In this document: piece by piece, positions 1 to 11,400 of the stretch
How the letters are laid out: each line of letters begins with the position of its first letter
How positions within the stretch are numbered: the first letter of the stretch is position 1
NCBI GenBank assembly: GCA_964019335.1
Contig: OZ025729.1
Coordinates: forward strand, 186,001 to 250,000
Source: Diplonema japonicum
Lineage: Eukaryota; Protista; Euglenozoa: Diplonemea
Direction of reading: 5' to 3'
Length of the DNA stretch: 64,000 bases
Notes under the pieces: generated by a model
Told to the model about the DNA's origin: nothing
Seen by the model: only the letters and a program-made list of their open reading frames with translations
The model's database searches: none
Made by a program: the position numbers and the translations under genes

Positions 1-689
1 TTTCCCCCCTCCCTACAATTTTAATATTATTTCCCCTTTCTCATGGGGTTGGAGGGAGGGGCTGGGTGTGAGAATATATAAAAGCAAATTTTGATTTTTA
101 AAGAGGGAATCACAACAAAGGGTAGTAAAGCCAACAAAGGTGCATAAAGTAAAAAATTATATTTCTTTTTTTTACTAAACTAAGTAATCCAGACAGCATC
201 GATTTCTATCCCGTCTTTGCTCCTTTTTCACTATCCCTTGTTTCTTTATAACTAAATATCGTGAAGGATAAAATAAAAGAAAAAAGAAATTCGGCCTTCA
301 GTACTTGTTTGTGTACAATTACAGGTTATTCTTTTCACAATTCTGCTCTCGAGCACATTTAGATTTTTGGTTGACGATTGCAATTGTGAATCACAGTTTA
401 TTTTTTTCACTTTTTTTTTTTTTCTCCCTCTTTTCTTTTTTGATCTTGCCCAATTTCTTTTTTCATTTTCACCTCCCCCGCCCGTCTCTGCCTACCCTAA
501 TGTTCTTTTCCTTCTTTTTTTTTCTTCCCCTTCTCTTTTCACCATTTCCATAAACCTATAATATTTACTTAATAACGCGTTCTTTTTTTAAAACATAACT
601 ACTACAACAACAAAAAAAGAATAACAACTTCTACAGATTTGCTAAAGCTCAAAAAAAAAAAAAAGAACTTACAACAACAAATAACAACC

Positions 690-3600
690 ATGATACACCG
701 CATGCTGCTGCTGGTAGCCTGTGCAGGAGCTGTGTCAGCTATCTGCCCGACGGAGGGGCCTTCCTTTGACCGGGTTGCTGGGACACCGTATGCCTGCTCT
801 TCGTCTACGACAAGCGATGTGCACCTTTACTGGACGGTGGAGGGGGGGTCCGTTCACATGGCTCTCGCTGTTCAGGATGTGTCTGGGTGGGTGTCTCTGA
901 GCTTCCCCACGACACGGGGGACGATGGTCCCTGCGGAGGCGGTGTCCGGATACGGGACGATGGTCGGGAGGCAGCGGGTGACGGCTCGGAACCCATCCGG
1001 TGTGGCGGCGGACAACACCGTTCTCACCGACGTCAGCAACATGGAGATCTCGACCCTCACCATCGGGGGGTCCTCCTACCGTGTTCTTCGCTTCACGAGG
1101 ACTGTCGCAAGCATCCCCTCCGCCACCCTCTCCGTGAACTACGCCTACCACTCCACCTCCAACACCTTCCCTGCTGACAGGCACACCACTCGCGGCGGCT
1201 GGAAGGCCGACCTCCCTCTCGACATCCCTTGCACTCCTTCCTCGAACCCTGACTTCCAGTGCCAGATGTCTGTTGACTCGAGGGCGATGCTTCACTGGGC
1301 GGCCCTCTCCAACGGTACTGTGGATGCACAGCTTGTCGTGTCTCAGAACACTGCTGGGTGGGCGGCTGTTGGTTTCCCTTCGACTGGCTTCAACATGATC
1401 GGCTCGAAGGCTCTTGTCTCTGATGGGATGGTGTACGACTTGAACGGGAAGAACCCCTCTCTTGTTGTTCCTGCCACTGACATGGGTGCTTTTGACTCCA
1501 CCTACACAACAGTGATGTCTGGTGACCAAGTTCTTCGCTTCACCACTGTTGTTACCCCTGGATCTGAGATGAACCTTGTTGTGGCCTACCACACCACTTC
1601 TTCTGGTTTCCCTGTTGCAAGGCACGAGGAACGATTCGGTGTTGAAGTTCTCATCACATCTACTCCAACTCCTACTCCTCCACCTGCTGTTGTCACTCCA
1701 CCATCGTGCACTCCTTCCTCGAACCCTGACTTCCAGTGCCAAATGTCTGTTGACTCGAGGGCGATGCTTCACTGGGCGGCCCTCTCCAACGGCACTGTGG
1801 ATGCACAGCTTGTAGTGTCTCAGAACACTGCTGGGTGGGCGGCTGTTGGTTTCCCTTCGACTGGCTTCAACATGATCGGCTCGAAGGCTCTTGTCTCTGA
1901 TGGGATGGTGTACGACTTGAACGGGAAGAACCCCTCTCTTGTTGTTCCTGCCACTGACATGGGTGCTTTTGACTCCACCTACACAACAGTGATGTCTGGT
2001 GACCAAGTTCTTCGCTTCACCACTGTCGTTACCCCTGGATCTGAGATGAACCTTGTTGTGGCCTACCATACCACTTCTTCTGGTTTCCCTGTTGCAAGGC
2101 ACGAGGAACGATTCGGTGTTGAAGTTCTCATCACATCTACTCCAACTCCTACTCCTCCACCTGCTGTTGTCACTCCACCATCGTGCACTCCTTCCTCGAA
2201 CCCTGACTTCCAGTGCCAAATGTCTGTTGACTCGAGGGCGATGCTTCACTGGGCGGCCCTCTCCAACGGCACTGTGGATGCACAGCTTGTAGTGTCTCAG
2301 AACACTGCTGGGTGGGCGGCTGTTGGTTTCCCTTCGACTGGCTTCAACATGATCGGCTCGAAGGCTCTTGTCTCTGATGGGATGGTGTACGACTTGAACG
2401 GGAAGAACCCTTCTCTTGTTGTTCCTGCCACTGACATGGGTGCTTTTGACTCCACCTACACAACAGTGATGTCTGGTGACCAAGTTCTTCGCTTCACCAC
2501 TGTCGTTACCCCTGGATCTGAGATGAACCTTGTTGTGGCCTACCACACCACTTCTTCTGGTTTCCCTGTTGCAAGGCACGAGGAACGATTCGGTGTTGAA
2601 GTTCTTATCACATCTACTCCCATGCCAACTCCTCCACCTGTTGTTACTCCTTTGTGCACTCCTTCCTCGAACCCTGACTTCCAGTGCCAGATGGCTGTTG
2701 ACTCGAGGGCGATGCTTCACTGGGCGGCCCTCTCCAACGGTACTGTGGATGCACAGCTTGTCGTGTCTCAGAACACTGCTGGGTGGGCGGCTGTTGGTTT
2801 CCCTTCGACTGGCTTCAACATGATCGGCTCGAAGGCTCTTGTCTCTGATGGGATGGTGTACGACTTGAACGGGAAGAACCCCTCTCTTGTTGTTCCTGCC
2901 ACTGACATGGGTGCTTTTGACTCCACCTACACAACAGTGATGTCTGGTGACCAAGTTCTTCGCTTCACCACTGTCGTTACCCCTGGATCTGAGATGAACC
3001 TTGTTGTGGCCTACCATACCACTTCTTCTGGTTTCCCTGTTGCAAGGCACGAGGAACGATTCGGTGTTGAGGTTCTCATCACATCTACTCCAACTCCTAC
3101 TCCTCCACCTGTTGTTGTCACTCCACCATCGTGCACTCCTTCCTCGAACCCTGACTTCCAGTGCCAAATGTCGGTTGACTCGAGGGCGATGCTTCACTGG
3201 GCGGCCCTCTCCAACGGTACTGTGGATGCACAGCTTGTAGTTTCTCAGAACACTGCTGGGTGGGCGGCTGTTGGTTTCCCTTCGACTGGCTTCAACATGA
3301 TCGGCTCGAAGGCTCTTGTCTCTGATGGGATGGTGTACGACTTGAACGGGAAGAACCCCTCTCTTGTTGTTCCTGCCACTGACATGGGTTCCTTTGACTC
3401 CACCTACACAACAGTGATGTCTGGTGACCAAGTTCTTCGCTTCACCACTGTTGTTACCCCTGGATCTGAGATGAACCTTGTTGTGGCCTACCATACCACT
3501 TCTTCTGGTTTCCCTGTTGCAAGGCACGAGGAACGATTCGGTGTTGAAGTTCTCATCACATCTACTCCAACTCCTACTCCTCCACCTGCTGTTGTCACTC

Positions 3601-6600
3601 CACCATCGTGCACTCCTTCCTCGAACCCTGACTTCCAGTGCCAAATGTCTGTTGACTCGAGGGCGATGCTTCACTGGGCGGCCCTCTCCAACGGCACTGT
3701 GGATGCACAGCTTGTAGTGTCTCAGAACACTGCTGGGTGGGCGGCTGTTGGTTTCCCTTCGACTGGCTTCAACATGATCGGCTCGAAGGCTCTTGTCTCT
3801 GATGGGATGGTGTACGACTTGAACGGGAAGAACCCTTCTCTTGTTGTTCCTGCCACTGACATGGGTGCTTTTGACTCCACCTACACAACAGTGATGTCTG
3901 GTGACCAAGTTCTTCGCTTCACCACTGTCGTTACCCCTGGATCTGAGATGAACCTTGTTGTGGCCTACCACACCACTTCTTCTGGTTTCCCTGTTGCAAG
4001 GCACGAGGAACGATTCGGTGTTGAAGTTCTTATCACATCTACTCCCATGCCAACTCCTCCACCTGTTGTTACTCCTTTGTGCACTCCTTCCTCGAACCCT
4101 GACTTCCAGTGCCAGATGGCTGTTGACTCGAGGGCGATGCTTCACTGGGCGGCCCTCTCCAACGGTACTGTGGATGCACAGCTTGTCGTGTCTCAGAACA
4201 CTGCTGGGTGGGCGGCTGTTGGTTTCCCTTCGACTGGCTTCAACATGATCGGCTCGAAGGCTCTTGTCTCTGATGGGATGGTGTACGACTTGAACGGGAA
4301 GAACCCCTCTCTTGTTGTTCCTGCCACTGACATGGGTTCCTTTGACTCCACCTACACAACAGTGATGTCTGGTGACCAAGTTCTTCGCTTCACCACTGTC
4401 GTTACCTCTGGATCTGAGATGAACCTTGTTGTGGCCTACCACACTACTTCTTCTGGTTTCCCTGTTGCAAGGCACGAGGAACGATTCGGTGTTGAAGTTC
4501 TCATCACATCTACTCCCATGCCAACTCCTCCACCTGCTGTTGTCACTCCACCATCGTGCACTCCTTCCTCGAACCCTGACTTCCAGTGCCAGATGGCTGT
4601 TGACTCGAGGGCGATGCTTCACTGGGCGGCCCTCTCCAACGGCACTGTGGATGCACAGCTTGTCGTGTCTCAGAACACTGCTGGGTGGGCAGCTGTTGGT
4701 TTCCCTTCGACTGGCTTCAACATGATCGGTTCAAAGGCTCTTGTCTCTGATGGGATGGTGTACGATTTGAACGGGAAGAATCCCTCTCTCGTTGTTCCTG
4801 CCACTGACATGGGTTCCTTCGACTCCACCTACACAACAGTGGTGTCTGGTAATCAGGTTCTTCGCTTCACCACTGTTGTTACCCCTGGATCTGAGATGAA
4901 CCTTGTTGTGGCCTACCACACCACTTCTTCTGGTTTCCCTGTTGCAAGGCACGAGGAACGATTCGGTGTTGAAGTTCTCATCACATCTACTCCCATGCCA
5001 ACTCCTCCACCTGTTGTTGTTACTCCACCTTCATGCACTCCTTCCTCGAACCCTGACTTCCAGTGCCAGATGGCTGTTGACTCGAGGGCGATGCTTCACT
5101 GGGCGGCCCTCTCCAACGGTACTGTGGATGCACAGCTTGTCGTGTCTCAGAACACTGCTGGGTGGGCGGCTGTTGGTTTCCCTTCGACTGGCTTCAACAT
5201 GATTGGATCAAAGGCTCTTGTCTCTGATGGGATGGTGTACGACTTGAACGGGAAGAACCCTTCTCTTGTTGTTCCTGCCACTGACATGGGTGCTTTTGAC
5301 TCTACATCCAGCACAGTGGTGTCTGGTGACCAAGTTCTTCGCTTCTCGACAAATGACGGTGGGAACTCGATGCTGAACCTTGTTGTGGCCTACCACACTA
5401 CGTCTTCTGGTTTCCCTGTTGCGAGGCACGAGGAACGCTTCGGTGTTCCGATTCCCTTGACAGCAGTTCCGAGCGTACCGGTCCCTACACAAGCGACACC
5501 CGATCCGTCTGGGTGCGCCACGCCCTCTCCGCTTCCCGACTTCCAGTGCATGATGGTGATCGACGCGAAGGCAACGCTTCACTGGACAGTGGCGAACGAC
5601 ATCTTCGATGCGCAGGTGGTTGTCTCCTCGAACACTGCTGGGTGGGCGGCTGTGGGGCTTCCGTCTAATGGACTGCAGATGATCGGCTCGAAGGCCCTCG
5701 TCTCTGATGGGATGGTGTACGACCTGAACGGGAAGAGCGCCGCTCTTGTTGTTCGTGCGACGGACATGGGCTCATTTGCGACTACCTCTGCGACGGTGGT
5801 GTCTGGTGACCAGGTCCTCCGCTTCTCGACGAGCCTCGTGGGGCAATCGTCTGCTGAGGTGAGGCTTGTGGTGGCGTACCACAGGACGTCGACGGCGTTC
5901 CCTGTCTACCACGATGCTCGCTTTGGTGTGAGGGTCCCGACGGGCAGGGCTGTGACACCACCTGCGACCCCTGTCCCTTCAGCGGCTCCCAGGAACAACA
6001 ACACCCCTGTCCCGACTGGCTGCACCCCCTCGACACGGGCGGGCTACCAGTGCCAGCAGGTTGTGGATGCGAAGGCAGCACTCCACTGGAACCCCCTTGC
6101 GAACGGAACGGTGGACGCGATCCTCGTGGTGTCTGGGAACTCAGCCGGGTGGTCGGCGGTGGGGCTCCCTTCTTCAGGAACGAGCATGGTCGGGGCGAAG
6201 GCCCTCGTGTCGGACGGGAAGGTGTACGACCTGAACGGGAGGTCTGCTGGGGCTGTGGTGGCGACAACAGACAACGGGGCTTTCAACGGGGCGGTGGGGA
6301 CAGCAGCCTCCTCCTCCTTCCGCATGGCCGAGGTGGCACAGGTTTCAGGAGAACAGCTGCTCCGCTTCTCAACTGACGTCGGGGCCACGGGGAGCCTGAA
6401 CCTCATCGTGTCCTACCACGGGACGTCGGCGGCCTTCCCTGTGAACAAGCACGATGAACGCTACGGGCTTGTGGTGGCGACGAACGGGGGAGCACAGGTC
6501 ACCACCTTCGACGACAACACGGAGAAGGCGAAGACGCACGGCGGGGTGATGGTGACCGTGTGGGCGTACGTGGTCCCCTGTGCCATCCTGTTGAAGAGGT

Positions 6601-7124
6601 TCGGGACGGAACCTCTGGGGATGGTCGGGCAGTACCCTGTCGCCTTCATCATGCACGGGGTGATGATGTTGGGGAGCGCCATCACCACCACCATCTTCTT
6701 CGGGGTGGCCTTAAGCGAGTTCGATGGGAATGCCGGGCACGGACACAAGGACCTGGGGATCGCCCTCATCGTGGTCATCTGGGTACAGGTGGTTCTTGGG
6801 ATCGTGGCCCCTCCGAAGGACTCCGCACTTAGGTTCCCCTTCAAGGTCTCGCACACCCTCCTCGGTGTTGGCTCCTTCGGGATGTCCATCGGGCAGATGG
6901 TGACTGGGCTACGCAACATGGAAGACCTCTACACCGACACCATCAGGGACAACCTCTTGATCGCGATGATCGTGGGGCTGGTCTTCTTCGCAGTGGCCTT
7001 CCTTGTTCTCACTGTGGTGGCAGTTGTACTGGCTGACCCTGAGGCTGCGGAGGAGGAGACGAAGAACAACCAAGAGGAGGGAGAAACAGGTGCCCAAAGC
7101 AATGAGAACAGCCCTTATGAATAG
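690..7124 (+). CDS. Multi-DOMON (12 domains) cytochrome b561 membrane protein, copy 1 (CYBDOM/ferric-chelate reductase-like), 2144 aa
   Basis: True start is ATG 690 (MIHRMLLLVACAGAVSA signal peptide, shared with the other copies). Architecture: N-terminal DOMON, 9 near-identical 157/159-aa DOMON units (GWAAVGF...NMIGSKALV...VVAYH...ARHEERFG), 2 divergent DOMONs, then about 5 TM helices with four b561-type His (KTHGG, IMHGV, GHKDLG, VSHTLLG). Confidence 0.9.
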   Translation: MIHRMLLLVACAGAVSAICPTEGPSFDRVAGTPYACSSSTTSDVHLYWTVEGGSVHMALAVQDVSGWVSLSFPTTRGTMVPAEAVSGYGTMVGRQRVTARNPSGVAADNTVLTDVSNMEISTLTIGGSSYRVLRFTRTVASIPSATLSVNYAYHSTSNTFPADRHTTRGGWKADLPLDIPCTPSSNPDFQCQMSVDSRAMLHWAALSNGTVDAQLVVSQNTAGWAAVGFPSTGFNMIGSKALVSDGMVYDLNGKNPSLVVPATDMGAFDSTYTTVMSGDQVLRFTTVVTPGSEMNLVVAYHTTSSGFPVARHEERFGVEVLITSTPTPTPPPAVVTPPSCTPSSNPDFQCQMSVDSRAMLHWAALSNGTVDAQLVVSQNTAGWAAVGFPSTGFNMIGSKALVSDGMVYDLNGKNPSLVVPATDMGAFDSTYTTVMSGDQVLRFTTVVTPGSEMNLVVAYHTTSSGFPVARHEERFGVEVLITSTPTPTPPPAVVTPPSCTPSSNPDFQCQMSVDSRAMLHWAALSNGTVDAQLVVSQNTAGWAAVGFPSTGFNMIGSKALVSDGMVYDLNGKNPSLVVPATDMGAFDSTYTTVMSGDQVLRFTTVVTPGSEMNLVVAYHTTSSGFPVARHEERFGVEVLITSTPMPTPPPVVTPLCTPSSNPDFQCQMAVDSRAMLHWAALSNGTVDAQLVVSQNTAGWAAVGFPSTGFNMIGSKALVSDGMVYDLNGKNPSLVVPATDMGAFDSTYTTVMSGDQVLRFTTVVTPGSEMNLVVAYHTTSSGFPVARHEERFGVEVLITSTPTPTPPPVVVTPPSCTPSSNPDFQCQMSVDSRAMLHWAALSNGTVDAQLVVSQNTAGWAAVGFPSTGFNMIGSKALVSDGMVYDLNGKNPSLVVPATDMGSFDSTYTTVMSGDQVLRFTTVVTPGSEMNLVVAYHTTSSGFPVARHEERFGVEVLITSTPTPTPPPAVVTPPSCTPSSNPDFQCQMSVDSRAMLHWAALSNGTVDAQLVVSQNTAGWAAVGFPSTGFNMIGSKALVSDGMVYDLNGKNPSLVVPATDMGAFDSTYTTVMSGDQVLRFTTVVTPGSEMNLVVAYHTTSSGFPVARHEERFGVEVLITSTPMPTPPPVVTPLCTPSSNPDFQCQMAVDSRAMLHWAALSNGTVDAQLVVSQNTAGWAAVGFPSTGFNMIGSKALVSDGMVYDLNGKNPSLVVPATDMGSFDSTYTTVMSGDQVLRFTTVVTSGSEMNLVVAYHTTSSGFPVARHEERFGVEVLITSTPMPTPPPAVVTPPSCTPSSNPDFQCQMAVDSRAMLHWAALSNGTVDAQLVVSQNTAGWAAVGFPSTGFNMIGSKALVSDGMVYDLNGKNPSLVVPATDMGSFDSTYTTVVSGNQVLRFTTVVTPGSEMNLVVAYHTTSSGFPVARHEERFGVEVLITSTPMPTPPPVVVTPPSCTPSSNPDFQCQMAVDSRAMLHWAALSNGTVDAQLVVSQNTAGWAAVGFPSTGFNMIGSKALVSDGMVYDLNGKNPSLVVPATDMGAFDSTSSTVVSGDQVLRFSTNDGGNSMLNLVVAYHTTSSGFPVARHEERFGVPIPLTAVPSVPVPTQATPDPSGCATPSPLPDFQCMMVIDAKATLHWTVANDIFDAQVVVSSNTAGWAAVGLPSNGLQMIGSKALVSDGMVYDLNGKSAALVVRATDMGSFATTSATVVSGDQVLRFSTSLVGQSSAEVRLVVAYHRTSTAFPVYHDARFGVRVPTGRAVTPPATPVPSAAPRNNNTPVPTGCTPSTRAGYQCQQVVDAKAALHWNPLANGTVDAILVVSGNSAGWSAVGLPSSGTSMVGAKALVSDGKVYDLNGRSAGAVVATTDNGAFNGAVGTAASSSFRMAEVAQVSGEQLLRFSTDVGATGSLNLIVSYHGTSAAFPVNKHDERYGLVVATNGGAQVTTFDDNTEKAKTHGGVMVTVWAYVVPCAILLKRFGTEPLGMVGQYPVAFIMHGVMMLGSAITTTIFFGVALSEFDGNAGHGHKDLGIALIVVIWVQVVLGIVAPPKDSALRFPFKVSHTLLGVGSFGMSIGQMVTGLRNMEDLYTDTIRDNLLIAMIVGLVFFAVAFLVLTVVAVVLADPEAAEEETKNNQEEGETGAQSNENSPYE
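1230..5510 (+). repeat. Intragenic tandem repeat, 477/471-bp unit x9 (DOMON + Pro/Thr linker)
   Basis: Units start (TGC ACT CCT TCC TCG AAC) at 1230, 1707, 2184, 2655, 3132, 3609, 4080, 4557 and 5034. Confidence 0.95.
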
Positions 7125-8458
7125 GTGAAAAGCGGGCATCTAGCAGCTTCGTTTTGTTTTTATTTAGATTCTTTCCCTCCCTTATTTCTTTTTTCTTGAC
7201 AAAAAGCTTTCTCCAGTTATTTTCAGGGGTACCGCAATATTCTCAGGATATGTCATTTTATTGCGCGATCTCTCCCGCATGAGGTGGCTAAAGACGCCTA
7301 GAGAACGTAGGTCATCTGGATGCAGCACAGAGCCTTCTATAAAATAAGGTATCTTCCAGCTTTCTTTACATCTTATTCTTTTTTTTAAATTTATGCTGTG
7401 GTAACAAAACTTTGAAAGAAAATGAAAAGAAGAAAGAAAAAAAAAAGTTAAAAGTGAACGAACTAGATTTAAAAAAAAAAATATATATATATATATAATT
7501 TATAAAGGAATCGCTATTTAATGCTCCTAGGTTGGGTGTGTTTATAGATTAGAGTTCTTTAAATGCTCAAAGAATTCCGGTTTGCTCATAAAAAGCTTTT
7601 TTTTTTTCTTTCAATTTTCTTTGCTGCCCACGCCCTCTTCTTTTTTGTTTTTTTTTTCTTTTGTTTTTGTTATTCTTTTTTTTTTTTTTTGCATTCAACC
7701 TCCGGTGTGCAGTTCTTCAACATTTCATAAAAGAATACACTGCCCTCCCTACTGTCTTTTTCTTTTCATTTTTGTTTTTTTACAATCTTCAATTATCAGC
7801 CAATGCCCTTTCTATTTGGCTATTTTTGAATGATTTTACCCCACTTTTTTTTTTTTTTACCCCCGTGCACCGCCTAGTACTTGGTGTGGTTATAAAGTTG
7901 CAGATTCTTAAGAAAAAAATAAGAATAAAAGGTGGAAAGGAAATAAAATTAAAAAAAAAAAAAAAAAAAAAAAGAAAATGGGAAAGTACCCACTTCATGC
8001 TTATGTCAGGTACTATTCCCTAGCACCTACTTTTTTTTTTTCTTTTTTTTTTCTTTCTCTCTCTGCAAACATACCCCCTCCCCCTTTCATTTTTTTTTTG
8101 ACATTCTTATTTTCTCTTTTTTTCCGGCTTGCACAAACAATCAGCCGACTCTCTTTTTCCGGTTTTATAGGATCATTATGACTCATCTTTTACGACACCG
8201 TTTTTCTACTCCACACTTCTGTTCTGCAGGCTTCTATCAAGTAGTTCGTAGTAATTTTAAAAATAAGCGTAAAACATATCTCTCGAGTCCGCTGCCGTAC
8301 TTTTAAGACAACCTTATTTATTCGTCTCATCGGCTTATTCTTTCTCTCTCTTTTGTTCCCTTTCACACAAAACATTGTTTTCTTTCTTTGTTCCTTAAAG
8401 TCGCACAACTACAGTTCAATCATTCTCATTTCAGCTTATAAAAACTCTACAAGAAGTC

Positions 8459-11400
8459 ATGATACACCGCATGCTGCTGCTGGTAGCCTGTGCAGGAGCT
8501 GTGTCAGCTATCTGCCCGACGGAGGGGCCTTCCTTTGACCGGGTTGCTGGGACACCGTATGCCTGCTCTTCGTCTACGACAAGCGATGTGCACCTTTACT
8601 GGACGGTGGAGGGGGGGTCCGTTCACATGGCTCTCGCTGTTCAGGATGTGTCTGGGTGGGTGTCTCTGAGCTTCCCCACGACACGGGGGACGATGGTCCC
8701 TGCGGAGGCGGTGTCCGGATACGGGACGATGGTCGGGAGGCAGCGGGTGACGGCTCGGAACCCATCCGGTGTGGCGGCAGACAACACCGTTCTCACCGAC
8801 GTCAGCAACATGGAGATCTCGACCCTCACCATCGGGGGGTCCTCCTACCGTGTTCTTCGCTTCACGAGGACTGTCGCAAGCATCCCCTCCGCCACCCTCT
8901 CCGTGAACTACGCCTACCACTCCACCTCCAACACCTTCCCTGCTGACAGGCACACCACTCGCGGCGGCTGGAAGGCCGACCTCCCTCTCGACATCCCTTG
9001 CACTCCTTCCTCGAACCCTGACTTCCAGTGCCAGATGGCTGTTGACTCGAGGGCAATGCTTCACTGGGCGGCCCTCTCCAACGGTACTGTGGATGCACAG
9101 CTTGTAGTGTCTCAGAACACTGCTGGGTGGGCGGCTGTTGGTTTCCCTTCGACTGGCTTCAACATGATCGGCTCGAAGGCTCTTGTCTCTGATGGGATGG
9201 TGTACGACTTGAACGGGAAGAACCCCTCTCTTGTTGTTCCTGCCACTGACATGGGTGCTTTTGACTCCACCTACACAACAGTGATGTCTGGTGACCAAGT
9301 TCTTCGCTTCACCACTGTTGTTACTCCTGGAACTGAGATGAACCTTGTTGTGGCCTACCACACCACTTCTTCTGGTTTCCCTGTTGCAAGGCACGAGGAA
9401 CGATTCGGTGTTGAAGTTCTCATCACATCTACTCCAACTCCTACTCCTCCACCTGCTGTTGTCACTCCACCATCGTGCACTCCTTCCTCGAACCCTGACT
9501 TCCAGTGCCAGATGTCTGTTGACTCGAGGGCGATGCTTCACTGGGCGGCCCTCTCCAACGGCACTGTGGATGCACAGCTTGTAGTGTCTCAGAACACTGC
9601 TGGGTGGGCGGCTGTTGGTTTCCCTTCGACTGGCTTCAACATGATCGGCTCGAAGGCTCTTGTCTCTGATGGGATGGTGTACGACTTGAACGGGAAGAAC
9701 CCTTCTCTTGTTGTTCCTGCCACTGACATGGGTGCTTTTGACTCCACCTACACAACAGTGATGTCTGGTGACCAAGTTCTTCGCTTCACCACTGTCGTTA
9801 CCCCTGGATCTGAGATGAACCTTGTTGTGGCCTACCATACCACTTCTTCTGGTTTCCCTGTTGCAAGGCACGAGGAACGATTCGGTGTTGAAGTTCTCAT
9901 CACATCTACTCCAACTCCTACTCCTCCACCTGCTGTTGTCACTCCACCATCGTGCACTCCTTCCTCGAACCCTGACTTCCAGTGCCAAATGTCTGTTGAC
10001 TCGAGGGCGATGCTTCACTGGGCGGCCCTCTCGAACGGTACTGTGGATGCACAGCTTGTCGTGTCTCAGAACACTGCTGGGTGGGCGGCTGTTGGTTTCC
10101 CTTCGACTGGCTTCAACATGATTGGATCAAAGGCTCTTGTCTCTGATGGGATGGTGTACGATTTGAACGGGAAGAACCCTTCTCTTGTTGTTCCTGCCAC
10201 TGACATGGGTTCCTTCGACTCCACCTACACAACAGTGATGTCTGGTGACCAAGTTCTTCGCTTCACCACTGCTGTTACCCCTGGATCTGAGATGAACCTT
10301 GTTGTGGCCTACCACACCACTTCTTCTGGTTTCCCTGTTGCAAGGCACGAGGAACGATTCGGTGTTGAGGTTCTCATCACATCTACTCCAACTCCAACTC
10401 CTCCACCTGCTGTTGTCACTCCACCATCGTGCACTCCTTCCTCGAACCCTGATTTCCAGTGCCAGATGTCTGTTGACTCGAGGGCGATGCTTCACTGGGC
10501 GGCCCTCTCCAATGGCACTGTGGATGCACAGCTTGTCGTGTCTCAGAACACTGCTGGGTGGGCGGCTGTTGGTTTCCCTTCGACTGGCTTCAACATGATC
10601 GGCTCGAAGGCTCTTGTCTCTGATGGGATGGTGTACGACTTGAACGGGAAGAACCCCTCTCTTGTTGTTCCTGCCACTGACATGGGTTCCTTTGACTCCA
10701 CCTACACAACAGTGATGTCTGGTGACCAAGTTCTTCGCTTCACCACTGTCGTTACCTCTGGATCTGAGATGAACCTTGTTGTGGCCTACCACACTACTTC
10801 TTCTGGTTTCCCTGTTGCAAGGCACGAGGAACGATTCGGTGTTGAAGTTCTCATCACATCTACTCCCATGCCAACTCCTCCACCTGCTGTTGTCACTCCA
10901 CCATCGTGCACTCCTTCCTCGAACCCTGACTTCCAGTGCCAGATGGCTGTTGACTCGAGGGCGATGCTTCACTGGGCGGCCCTCTCGAACGGTACTGTGG
11001 ATGCACAGCTTGTCGTGTCTCAGAACACTGCTGGGTGGGCGGCTGTTGGTTTCCCTTCGACTGGCTTCAACATGATCGGTTCAAAGGCTCTTGTCTCTGA
11101 TGGGATGGTGTACGATTTGAACGGGAAGAATCCCTCTCTCGTTGTTCCTGCCACTGACATGGGTTCCTTCGACTCCACCTACACAACAGTGGTGTCTGGT
11201 AATCAGGTTCTTCGCTTCACCACTGTTGTTACCCCTGGATCTGAGATGAACCTTGTTGTGGCCTACCACACCACTTCTTCTGGTTTCCCTGTTGCAAGGC
11301 ACGAGGAACGATTCGGTGTTGAAGTTCTCATCACATCTACTCCCATGCCAACTCCTCCACCTGTTGTTGTTACTCCACCTTCATGCACTCCTTCCTCGAA

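Noticed and set aside
735-4622. 1295-aa minus-strand ORF and its equivalents in the other DOMON genes
   Set aside because: Antisense shadow of a repeated, codon-biased CDS; broken at different points in the paralogues by changes that are synonymous on the + strand.
1230-5510. Regularly spaced repeats as a possible CRISPR array
   Set aside because: Units are 477-bp in-frame coding repeats with no unique spacers and no cas genes.
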